Of a stretch of DNA of 43,900 nucleotides, positions 22,231 through 30,535 are shown one piece after another. The stretch is from Alphaproteobacteria bacterium (lineage in GTDB: Bacteria; Pseudomonadota; Alphaproteobacteria; UBA6615): NCBI GenBank assembly GCA_027297685.1, contig JAPUHN010000228.1, positions 1 to 43,900 on the forward strand, read 5' to 3'. How positions within the stretch are numbered: the first letter of the stretch is position 1; each line of letters starts with the position of its first letter. Both the position numbers and the translations under genes were made by a program. Under the pieces are notes generated by a model. The model had not been told where the DNA came from. It worked only from the letters and a program-made list of their open reading frames with translations, and made no database searches.

Positions 22231-23109
22231 TCAGTCTATTTCTGACGTGGTACCCGACCCGGCCTCGGAAGAGGTTCGGTGATAGTGCCGGTAATATTTC
22301 TCGGTTATAAGATCGGTCTTCACCACTATGCATACATCTGTCGTGTTAAATTGCTTGTCGACAACTGCCCCGTCGCCGACAAATCCACCGAGGCGCAAAT
22401 AGCCTTTTACCAATGGTGGCAATGTTGCCAACGCCGCTTTCGGGTCGACTTCATCGAGCGGCAGATATTCCATATCGACATAGAGATCCGGCAGTGCCTT
22501 GGTGCGCAACGCCGGCGGCGCCAAATGATAGTGATAGAGGTAGCTCAGCGGCAGCGCTAACGCGGCAGGATCCGTACCGTGGAGGCTGCCACACCCGAAC
22601 ATGAGCGAAATGTCATGATGGAATACATAAGCGGCGATGCCGCGCCACAGCAACTGCATTGTCGGCCGATTCCGGCTTCTGGCATCGACACAAGAGCGCC
22701 CAAGCTCGAGCATTTCGCCCGGCAAATCGAGTAAATTCGAAATATCGTATTCACCCGACGTGTAGAAGCAGCCATGCGACTCGGCAACGGAGCCACGCAG
22801 AAGCCGGTACGTCGCGATCACTCCGTCGGCACCCTCGCCAAACGAATGGTCGGTCACCAAAAGGTGTTCGCAAACCTTATCAAAGGGGTCGAAGTCGCGT
22901 TTTAAGCGTGCCGCTTCGGTGGTCGGCTTGGCCTCCATTTCCTCATAAAATACTCGATAACGGAGGGCTTGTGCCGCATCTATATCGGCATCGGTCTGTG
23001 CCAAGCGCATACTCAAGTTGCCGGCTTGCAGGGCGTCGAGCGCGGCGTCAATATCTGACACCTCCGGTAAAGGGAGATCGCTCAAGATCGCCGCGCCGTC
23101 AAACGACAC
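22231..23109 (-). CDS. olsB: OlsB-family N-acyltransferase (ornithine-lipid / N-acyl amino acid synthase type)
   Basis: 292 aa, RLAQTDADIDAAQALRYRVFYEEMEAKP...KRDFDPFDKVCEHLLV resembles the OlsB/hemolysin-like GNAT family. It lies immediately upstream of a PlsC-type acyltransferase. GTG start. Confidence 0.65.
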   Translation of the reverse strand: MSFDGAAILSDLPLPEVSDIDAALDALQAGNLSMRLAQTDADIDAAQALRYRVFYEEMEAKPTTEAARLKRDFDPFDKVCEHLLVTDHSFGEGADGVIATYRLLRGSVAESHGCFYTSGEYDISNLLDLPGEMLELGRSCVDARSRNRPTMQLLWRGIAAYVFHHDISLMFGCGSLHGTDPAALALPLSYLYHYHLAPPALRTKALPDLYVDMEYLPLDEVDPKAALATLPPLVKGYLRLGGFVGDGAVVDKQFNTTDVCIVVKTDLITEKYYRHYHRTSSEAGSGTTSEID

Positions 23110-23145
23110 TGATGCAGTGGAAATTTGTGCCGCCAGCGCTGCGGC

Positions 23146-23589
23146 TCATGAAGGACCGTCCTCATCATCAGCCGGGTCGGCGTCAGTGGAGGGCGTTGCG
23201 TACAACTCCAGCCGGTGGTCGACCAGCTTATAGCCGAGTTCATTGGCAATCTTTTCCTTCAGCACCTCGATTTCACTGTTATAGAACTCGATCACTTCAC
23301 CGGTTTTTATGTTGATCAGGTGGTCGTGATGAGCGTTGGAAGCCTCTTCATAGCGCGCACGGCCATCACCAAAATCATGTTTCTCCAGAATATTCGCTTC
23401 TTCGAATAGCCGAACGGTCCGGTATACGGTCGCAATCGATATGTGCGGGTCGAGCGCGGTCGCCCGTTGGTACACCAGGTCGACATCTGGATGATCGATA
23501 CTCTCCGACAAAACCTGCGCTATCGTTCGGCGCTGGTCGGTCATTTTGAGACCTTTATCGGCGCATATCCGCTCAATTCGAGACTGCAT
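23146..23589 (-). CDS. fur: ferric/manganese uptake regulator (Fur/Mur)
   Basis: GLKMTDQRRTIAQVL, ISIATVYRTVRLFEEANIL, HHDHLI and VDHRLELY. The ATG at 23589 is preceded by GAGGAGG; the track start at 23631 adds 14 residues with no family support. Confidence 0.85.
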   Translation of the reverse strand: MQSRIERICADKGLKMTDQRRTIAQVLSESIDHPDVDLVYQRATALDPHISIATVYRTVRLFEEANILEKHDFGDGRARYEEASNAHHDHLINIKTGEVIEFYNSEIEVLKEKIANELGYKLVDHRLELYATPSTDADPADDEDGPS

Positions 23590-23735
23590 GGCCCTCCTCA
23601 CATGGCTATTCAATGTGACTGTAGTAACCACCGCTACAGCCAGCCGAACAACGCACGTCGATCCCTATTATAGTGCAATTTCTGCGATCCGGCGACTGTT
23701 CGCGGAAAATATCACGCTTTACAATACCGGATAAT

Positions 23736-24146
23736 TTATTTGCCGGCGCGCCCGCGCTTGCCAAGACCAATTTCCTTAGCCAGTGCGCTGCGACGCTTGG
23801 CGTAGTTCGGCGCAACCATGGGGTAGTCCGCCGGCAGTCCCCACCGTTCGCGATATTGCTCCGGGGTTAGGTCAAATGACGTCTTCAAATGCCGTTTAAG
23901 CATTTTCAGTTTCTTACCGTCTTCAAGGCATACGATGTAGTCCGGCGTCACAGACTTTTTCACCGTCACCGCGGGCGCCGGCCGTTCCTCGGCACTCGAT
24001 GCCTTTCCGGTGTCCGACAAACTGTTGTGCACCTGAGAAATTAATTGCGGCAGCTCAGCGGCGGATAACGTGTTGTTCGAGACGTGGGCGGCAACAATTT
24101 CCGCAGTTAGCTTCAGTATTTCAGTAGAATTATTTTGGTCGGTCAT
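23736..24146 (-). CDS. mucR: MucR/Ros-family transcriptional regulator
   Basis: 136 aa, TAEIVAAHVSNN...IVCLEDGKKLKMLKRHL...WGLPADYPMVAPNYAKRRSALAKEIGLG is collinear with Ros/MucR. Two of the four zinc ligands are substituted (see findings). Confidence 0.88.
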   Translation of the reverse strand: MTDQNNSTEILKLTAEIVAAHVSNNTLSAAELPQLISQVHNSLSDTGKASSAEERPAPAVTVKKSVTPDYIVCLEDGKKLKMLKRHLKTSFDLTPEQYRERWGLPADYPMVAPNYAKRRSALAKEIGLGKRGRAGK

Positions 24147-24248
24147 TCGATAGGCCTCGTTACGATTAGTACGCTAATTATATATGTTATCGGACACGTG
24201 TTCTCAACAGGCCATTTAATATTTTTATCAATACTCGCAATCGATCAC

Positions 24249-24761
24249 TTAATTCATATGTTTTTTAAGTAATCGGCCTGGACCATCGCTTCGGCCGCTT
24301 GCCATGACCAGGGCATCGACGGATTTCCCACCACGCCGGTAATACGCCGTCCGGCGCCCAACTTCTTGAAACCCGAGGCTTTGATAAAGATCGCGAGCTG
24401 CCCGGTTGGTGATCGCGACCTCGAGAAAAATCTGATGATGCGAAAATAGATATTCTCTCAGTTGACCTACAAGCGCGGTGGCGACGCCGTGGCGGCGGGA
24501 CGCAGGCGATACGCATAGGGTGAGCACCTCACCCTCGTCTGCGACGGCGCGGCCAATTATGAAGCCGATCGCTTCTTCCTTCGATCCCAAGGCGATCAGG
24601 CCTATGGTTCCCGGTGTATTGAGAAGCGTCGAAATTGCACAATCCGACCACGTATCCTGTGGCGAGCCAGCAAAACAGGAAACGTGCAATTTTGCGAGAA
24701 CACCGGCAACGGCAGTGGGATTTGTTACCACCTCGACCCGATATGGGACGGTAGCTGTCAC
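24249..24761 (-). CDS. rimI: GNAT acetyltransferase, RimI-type
   Basis: 170 aa with a GNAT core (RRHGVATALV...ARDLYQSLGF). It overlaps the tsaB stop by 4 nt, which is the conserved tsaB-rimI pairing. Confidence 0.78.
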   Translation of the reverse strand: MTATVPYRVEVVTNPTAVAGVLAKLHVSCFAGSPQDTWSDCAISTLLNTPGTIGLIALGSKEEAIGFIIGRAVADEGEVLTLCVSPASRRHGVATALVGQLREYLFSHHQIFLEVAITNRAARDLYQSLGFQEVGRRTAYYRRGGKSVDALVMASGRSDGPGRLLKKHMN

Positions 24762-25495
24762 CGTTGGGTTCCGCTGCGCAAACGGTGCCGGTCGGCCGTC
24801 GGCGGCGATACATCGGGCTGGCGCAGATACAGCGGCCGCGGCAGCGGTGCATCGCGCGGCAAGGGATCTGCCATCATAATTTCGGCAGCTTCAGCGGCGA
24901 CGACGGCGGCATCTGCCAAACCGTCTCCCGGCACAACTGTAACGCGGTGGCTATCGGGCAGCACGCCAATCAAACGCGACACCGCGTCACCGCCGAGAAC
25001 GACGGGTTCGGCCCCTTTCCACAACGCCGGAAACGCTTCAGCTACCGCCTCGGGCATCAAGCAAGCTGGCTCGCTCGTGGGCGCCAGTTCGGTGTCGAGA
25101 GATTGGACGTACAAATCGGCCCGCTTGGTTTCGAGAACGACCAACATCGGACCCGGCGGCGCCCCCACTTCACGCGCACCGCGCGCAACGGCTTTAAAAC
25201 TGCTCACGCCGATGACCGGCAATTGCGCCGCCAACGCCAAGCCGCGCGCCGTCGCCAGCCCGATTCGCAGGCCAGTGTAGGCACCCGGACCAACCGTCAC
25301 GGCGATCGCGTCAAGACTGCTATAGTCCCGGCCAGCCATCACCGCTGCTACCATCGGCATCAAAGATTCGGCGTGACCGCGCGACATTGCTACCCATTCG
25401 CGACGACGCACTGAACCATCGGCGAACACCGCCGCCGAACACGCGCCAGCGGCGGCATCGAGGGCCAGTAGTGTCGGCGTTGCTTGCCCGGTCAT
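24758..25495 (-). CDS. tsaB: tRNA t6A37 biosynthesis protein TsaB
   Basis: LLALDAAAGACSAAV, GHAESLMPMV and VTVGPGAYTGLRIGLATARGLA. The start is set at the ATG at 25495 (MTGQATPTLLALD). Confidence 0.85.
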   Translation of the reverse strand: MTGQATPTLLALDAAAGACSAAVFADGSVRRREWVAMSRGHAESLMPMVAAVMAGRDYSSLDAIAVTVGPGAYTGLRIGLATARGLALAAQLPVIGVSSFKAVARGAREVGAPPGPMLVVLETKRADLYVQSLDTELAPTSEPACLMPEAVAEAFPALWKGAEPVVLGGDAVSRLIGVLPDSHRVTVVPGDGLADAAVVAAEAAEIMMADPLPRDAPLPRPLYLRQPDVSPPTADRHRLRSGTQR

Positions 25496-25605
25496 TACCA
25501 ATCCTATGTAAGCGGCTGTGCGTTGGCCCATGTTCGTTGGCCGAATCACAGGCACGATCTACCATCGCCGAGCTAACACGCATAGCCGGAGCAGGGGGCA
25601 CGGTC

Positions 25606-26169
25606 GTGTCAATCGTCGAGATTACAGCTGAATCCCATGGCGTCGATATCGACTTGTTTTACGCCACTGACCGCAATTTCACTGGTCTGCCGGTCTACAC
25701 AGAAGCCCACTGTTATCTGAACGCAGACGCGGCAGCAAAACTCATAATGGCGGCAGAATTGGCGCGCCGTTTCGGATTGCGATTGCGCATATTCGATGCC
25801 TTGCGTCCCACTGAGGCCCAATGGGTCTTGTGGAGCCACACACCCGATCCCGAGTTTCTCGCCAATCCACGCACCGGCTCGCCCCACAGTAGAGGCGCTG
25901 CCGTGGATGTGAGCCTGTCCGATGACAACGGCCAGCTTCTCGAAATGGGTACCCGCTTCGACGCCTTCACGCCATTGTCCCACCACGCGGCGACCGGCAT
26001 ACCGATATCGGCGCAACGCAACCGCTTGCTTCTATTGGGGCTGATGACGGCGGCAGGTTGGGATTTTTACAGCAAGGAATGGTGGCACTATCAATTGTTC
26101 GATAGCCGCCGCTATCCGCTTATCGCCGATAGTGCCTTGCCGAAACCAATGATGAAGCCGCGCCGATAG
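25606..26169 (+). CDS. D-alanyl-D-alanine dipeptidase (VanX/DdpX family)
   Basis: DLFYATDRNFTG, SPHSRGAAVDVSL and EWWHY zinc/catalytic motifs. The GTG at 25606 is preceded by AGGGGG 7 nt upstream. The longer track ORF from 25387 overlaps the divergent tsaB and has no family-like sequence. Confidence 0.8.
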   Translation: MSIVEITAESHGVDIDLFYATDRNFTGLPVYTEAHCYLNADAAAKLIMAAELARRFGLRLRIFDALRPTEAQWVLWSHTPDPEFLANPRTGSPHSRGAAVDVSLSDDNGQLLEMGTRFDAFTPLSHHAATGIPISAQRNRLLLLGLMTAAGWDFYSKEWWHYQLFDSRRYPLIADSALPKPMMKPRR

Positions 26170-26172
26170 ACG

Positions 26173-27309
26173 ATGCGCCGGCGCTACTTGCGATACAATT
26201 CCGCTAAGGAGTACGGTGCCGGCGTGCCCACGCCCTCTTGGTTCGGCGGCGGAAACGAATTTTGGGACAATACTCTAGTGCCAAAGACCGGTGTCCATAG
26301 CTTTATTGCTGCGGCTGCATTTTACTTACTGGCCCTGTTATCGGCCCTTCCGGCAGCGCTGGCGGCCGATTCCGCGATCATCTTGATGTACCACCGGTTC
26401 GGCGAAAGCGCGCACCCGGCAACCAACATTCGTGTCGACCAGTTCGAGGCCCATCTCGAAGAACTCCAGACGGGCGGATACACCGTCCTACCGATCCCCG
26501 ATATTCTGGCCGCTATACAGTCCGGCCGACCGCTTCCCGAACGCACCGTAGGCATCACAATCGACGACGCATACTTATCGGTTTACACCGAGGCGTGGCC
26601 GCGCCTGCGCCGTGCCGGGTTCCCGTTCACGCTGTTCGTCGCGACGGATGCGATCGACCGAAAATTCGCCAGCTATATGAGCTGGGATCAAATCCGTGAC
26701 CTACGCGACAATGGCGTGACCATCGGCAGCCAAACGGCGTCTCATTTGCATATGCCGGCGAACCGCGAGGTGCGCAACAAAGAGGATCTTCGGCTGTCGA
26801 ACGCGCGCTTCAAGCGCGAACTTGGGGAAACACCACCTCTATTCGCCTACCCGTTCGGTGAAGCTAGCACACGCATCCAGGAGATCGTTAAGGAAGCAGG
26901 CTTCACCCACGCGTTCGGCCAACATTCCGGGGCGCTGCATACTTCTTCGGATCGCTATTACATGCCGCGTTTCGCCCTCAACGAAAATTTCGGCGACACG
27001 CGGAGGTTCAAGCTGGTGGCGAATGCGCTACCGGTGCCGCATACCGATCTGTCGCCGCTCAATCCGACATTGACGAAAAACCCGCCACTGTTCGGCTTCA
27101 CATTGAGCGAGGAAGCTGGACCGCTGCGGGGCCTGACGTGCTATGCCGGCGATCAGGGGAAACTGCGAATGGAGCGGCTGGGCCGGCGTGTCGAAGTGCG
27201 TCTGGCCCGTAACTTCTCCGCCGGGCGCGCGCGCATCAATTGTACTGCGCCGGGACCCGACGGCAGGTGGCGCTGGCTCGGCATGCTTTATTATGTGCCG
27301 AAATTGTGA
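26173..27309 (+). CDS. secreted/membrane-anchored polysaccharide deacetylase (NodB/PgaB-like)
   Basis: Hydrophobic signal/anchor FIAAAAFYLLALLSALPAALA, then MYHRF...ITIDDAY...TLFV...SHLHM deacetylase motifs. The ATG lies 3 nt after the upstream stop. An internal GTG (VPKTG...) would give a more classical signal peptide. Confidence 0.78.
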   Translation: MRRRYLRYNSAKEYGAGVPTPSWFGGGNEFWDNTLVPKTGVHSFIAAAAFYLLALLSALPAALAADSAIILMYHRFGESAHPATNIRVDQFEAHLEELQTGGYTVLPIPDILAAIQSGRPLPERTVGITIDDAYLSVYTEAWPRLRRAGFPFTLFVATDAIDRKFASYMSWDQIRDLRDNGVTIGSQTASHLHMPANREVRNKEDLRLSNARFKRELGETPPLFAYPFGEASTRIQEIVKEAGFTHAFGQHSGALHTSSDRYYMPRFALNENFGDTRRFKLVANALPVPHTDLSPLNPTLTKNPPLFGFTLSEEAGPLRGLTCYAGDQGKLRMERLGRRVEVRLARNFSAGRARINCTAPGPDGRWRWLGMLYYVPKL

Positions 27310-27321
27310 CCGCTAAGTGGG

Positions 27322-28350
27322 TTAGCGCTGGTTGCTCCGCGTCAGCACCTGCGTGGTCTTGATTGGCCGGCCCTCGAGCCGGGTGTTTTCCAGCTCTTCC
27401 AGATTGTCGACACGCAAAATCTTTTGGATGGTTCGAACGTATTGCTCCCGGCGTTCCGAGTACGCCGTAAGCGTTTCGGTCAATCCATACGGATCAAGAG
27501 TGGCATCGCGCGCCCGCATCTCGGCGCGACGCGCCCTAAACTCGCCATAGGCGGGATGACCATTCAAATTCCGAGCGTAACTGCGAACGCTATCGAGTAG
27601 CGAACGAAAGGCTCGCACTTCGTGCCGGCTGCCATCGTCGCGCTGTTGCGGCACGATACCCAAGCCCTTGTTCCACGTTCTTTGACCGAACAATGCATTT
27701 CCCTTTAAGGCGAAACGCGAACGGCCCCAGCCGCTTTCTTCGGCTGACTGGGCGAGGGCCAGAGCCGGCGATATTGCGTCGACCCGGCGTATCAACTCAG
27801 GCATATCGCTGGGTGTGGCCTCATAATGGGCAGCCAATTCAGCGAGCCATTCCTGCTGATCCTCAGAAAGCGCTTGGCCAGACGCAAATTTTTTCTGCAA
27901 TAGCAACAACCTATGACGGTCGGCGAGAATTTCTTCGTTTACCTTAAGGGCCAACGGCAGCACCATTTGGAAGAAGGTCTGCTTGAGTTTGCCAACCTCG
28001 GCCAGCGTCTTGAAGTCGTGCGGCAAGGCCTCGGCGAATAGCCGGGGCACCGGCTGCGTTCCCTGCCGGACCGCATCAATATCGAAGGACGCAGCACTAA
28101 ATTTGTCACGCAGTTCGGCCACCGTAGAGACGGCGGGTCGATTGGCCGCGGCAACTTCATCGAGGTCGGATGCGCCCACCTTTGGTAACGTCGCAAGCAC
28201 TATCGGTGCGACGCTCGGCAGGGCAATCCATTCGACCGCCACCGCCTGCTGCCGTTCGGCCGGTACTGCGATGGCGGCGCCATATAATGCGAGGACGCTG
28301 ACAGCGATCAGCGCCAGCGCGGCGCGTTGGTAATTTCTCAGTATGCCCAT
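27322..28350 (-). CDS. Bax-type glucosaminidase-domain protein (FlgJ-like muramidase fold)
   Basis: N-terminal TM anchor (ALALIAVSVLALYGAAIA), then LALAQSAEESGWGRSRFALKGNALFGQ (mannosyl-glycoprotein endo-beta-N-acetylglucosaminidase motif). The start is set at the ATG at 28350. Confidence 0.75.
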   Translation of the reverse strand: MGILRNYQRAALALIAVSVLALYGAAIAVPAERQQAVAVEWIALPSVAPIVLATLPKVGASDLDEVAAANRPAVSTVAELRDKFSAASFDIDAVRQGTQPVPRLFAEALPHDFKTLAEVGKLKQTFFQMVLPLALKVNEEILADRHRLLLLQKKFASGQALSEDQQEWLAELAAHYEATPSDMPELIRRVDAISPALALAQSAEESGWGRSRFALKGNALFGQRTWNKGLGIVPQQRDDGSRHEVRAFRSLLDSVRSYARNLNGHPAYGEFRARRAEMRARDATLDPYGLTETLTAYSERREQYVRTIQKILRVDNLEELENTRLEGRPIKTTQVLTRSNQR

Positions 28351-28483
28351 GTCAGCTCTTGCTAAGCTTGCCTGTTCGTCGTCAATGTGCGGGCAGGGGC
28401 GCACTAAAGTGTGACTAAATTTAGGAGATTTCGTGGCGCCGGCAGACCGGCGCCTCCGATTAACTCCCCCGATAGGCCGTCTT

Positions 28484-29038
28484 TTACGGAACGGCTTGTA
28501 CTTCCTGAACTTCCGGTACGTAGTGGCGCAATAGGTTCTCGATGCCCATCTTCAACGTTACCGTCGAACTTGGGCAGCCGGAGCACGACCCCTGCATATG
28601 CAGGTAGACGATCCCCTCTTTGAAACCGTGAAATACGATATCGCCGCCGTCCATGGCAACCGCCGGGCGAACGCGTGTGTCGAGCAACTCGACAATTTGC
28701 GACACAATCTCGTCGTTGTCGCCATCGCCGCTGGCGTGTGCGGGCCCGACCGCTTCGCGGATGACCGGGTCGCCAGAAGTGAAATGTTCCATGATCGCGC
28801 CCAGGACCGCCGGCTTCAGCACTTGCCAGTCGACTTCCGGCGACTTGGTGACAGTGACAAAATCGGCACCTAAGAAAACCGCAGCGACATCGGATATTTC
28901 GAACAGCCGCGACGCCATTGGAGAGCGTGTCGCCGCTTCGCGATTGGGAAAATCGGCGGTACCTGCGGTTATGACTTCGCGGCCCGGAAGGAATTTCAAG
29001 GTCGCTGGGTTCGGGGTCTCTTCGGTTTGAATGAACAC
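28484..29038 (-). CDS. NFU1/NfuA-type Fe-S cluster scaffold (Nfu_N + NifU C-terminal domain)
   Basis: (V)FIQTEETPNPATLKFLPG is the family N-terminus. The GTG at 29038 is downstream of GGGAG. CSGCPSS cluster-binding motif. Confidence 0.85.
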   Translation of the reverse strand: MFIQTEETPNPATLKFLPGREVITAGTADFPNREAATRSPMASRLFEISDVAAVFLGADFVTVTKSPEVDWQVLKPAVLGAIMEHFTSGDPVIREAVGPAHASGDGDNDEIVSQIVELLDTRVRPAVAMDGGDIVFHGFKEGIVYLHMQGSCSGCPSSTVTLKMGIENLLRHYVPEVQEVQAVP

Positions 29039-29274
29039 GGTTCGATTTCTCCCGCAACGTATTCGTGCATAATTATATACGGCCTTACGACGGGCGGCCA
29101 TAGTCCCGACTTCTATTAGCTCGAATGTGGACTATTTATCAAACAAATCAAGTCGGCACCACGCTATCGCACAGCCGATGAGACCGTCAAAATAATCAAT
29201 GGAACCAGAGACTTATTTATGTTTGTCCTGCAATATATCCCCCGCAGTCTAATCTCACATATTGCCCCCGAAGA

Positions 29275-30531
29275 ATGGTGGGCGTCGGCGCCGTCGAGCC
29301 TATCATGACAATTACCTCCGACGTATCCGAACAAATGCGCCCCTTGGCTGCTGGCTCCGGTGACGATTGCGAGGTCTTCGACTGGGTCGAAAACTTCGGC
29401 CGCTACGTCGATGGCATTGCCAGTTTAGTTACCGAAGTGTGCAACCGTTTCGTCGCTTGCGATATGCCGCTCGAGCGGGTCAGCATCGTAATGCGAACGT
29501 TGCATCCGCAGATCTTCGTCAGCGGCTATATTTGGCACAGCGACGAAAAAGAACTCTCCATGTTTTCAGCCGATCATCATTCGCAATCGCGCGAATCGTT
29601 TCAAAATAGCCCAGTGCGATCGATCTTCGAGGGCTCGCCGGGATTGCGGCGGCGGCTCGCCGACCCCGATTGCCCGCGCGATTTTCCCATCCTGGTCGAC
29701 CTCGATAATGAGGGCGTAACCGATTATCTGATCCTACCGCTGCCGTTCAGCGACGGCCGCTCGTACTCCTGCTCGTGGGCGACGAAAGCACCCGGCGGTT
29801 TTACCGATAGGCAGGCGGACCGCATTAAAGCGATCATGCCGACCTTTTCCCTGGTGCTCGAAATTCTTGCCACCCGCGACATTTCACGCAATTTGATGGA
29901 CACCTACCTCGGCCACAAGACCGGCGAGCGAGTCCTCAGTGGCGAAATTTACCGTGGCGTCAACGAGACCATAGAGGCGGTGCTTTGGATTTCCGATCTG
30001 CGCCGCTTCACCGCAATGTCGGACGAGCTGGCACCGCCGGTGCTGCTCGGCATTCTCAACGATCATTTCGAGCGCATTGTCGGCGCCATCGAAAAGCATG
30101 ACGGCGAAGTGCTTAAATTTATCGGCGATTCGGTGTTGGCGATCTTTCCGAACGACGATTACGATGGCGCTACCGGGGCCGCTGAAGCCGCGATCGCTTC
30201 CGCGCGTGATGCTGTTGGTCAACTTGAAGAGCGCAATAACGAACGCCGCGAGAAAAATCTCCCTTCGCTGGGATACGGTATCGCCTTGCATATGGGCGAG
30301 GTGGTGTACGGCAATATCGGCGCGCCGCACCGGCTCGATTTTACGGTGATCGGACCTGCGGTAAACCATACTGCTCGCATCGAACAACTGTGCCGTACCA
30401 TGGACCGCCCGGTTCTGGTATCCGCCACGGTCGCGGAAGCCGCCAACGAGCCTGTGACATCGCTCGGCTTTCATGCCCTGCGTGGCGTTCGCGAACCGCA
30501 TGAAATTTTCACCCTGCCGGAATACGCATAA
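29275..30531 (+). CDS. class III adenylate cyclase with a ~210-aa unassigned N-terminal domain (paralogue 1)
   Basis: Cyclase homology domain: WISDLRRFT and KFIGDSVLAIF (metal Asp residues), LDFTVIGPAVNHTARIE (substrate Asp, transition-state Asn/Arg). The ATG at 29305 is an alternative start. Confidence 0.85.
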   Translation: MVGVGAVEPIMTITSDVSEQMRPLAAGSGDDCEVFDWVENFGRYVDGIASLVTEVCNRFVACDMPLERVSIVMRTLHPQIFVSGYIWHSDEKELSMFSADHHSQSRESFQNSPVRSIFEGSPGLRRRLADPDCPRDFPILVDLDNEGVTDYLILPLPFSDGRSYSCSWATKAPGGFTDRQADRIKAIMPTFSLVLEILATRDISRNLMDTYLGHKTGERVLSGEIYRGVNETIEAVLWISDLRRFTAMSDELAPPVLLGILNDHFERIVGAIEKHDGEVLKFIGDSVLAIFPNDDYDGATGAAEAAIASARDAVGQLEERNNERREKNLPSLGYGIALHMGEVVYGNIGAPHRLDFTVIGPAVNHTARIEQLCRTMDRPVLVSATVAEAANEPVTSLGFHALRGVREPHEIFTLPEYA

Positions 30532-30535
30532 TACC

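Noticed and set aside
25387-25605. The upstream 73 codons of the track ORF that contains the VanX-like gene.
   Set aside because: This part overlaps the divergent tsaB 5' region, has no family similarity and contains no internal ATG. A GTG with an AGGGGG SD at 25606 yields a protein of canonical VanX/DdpX length.
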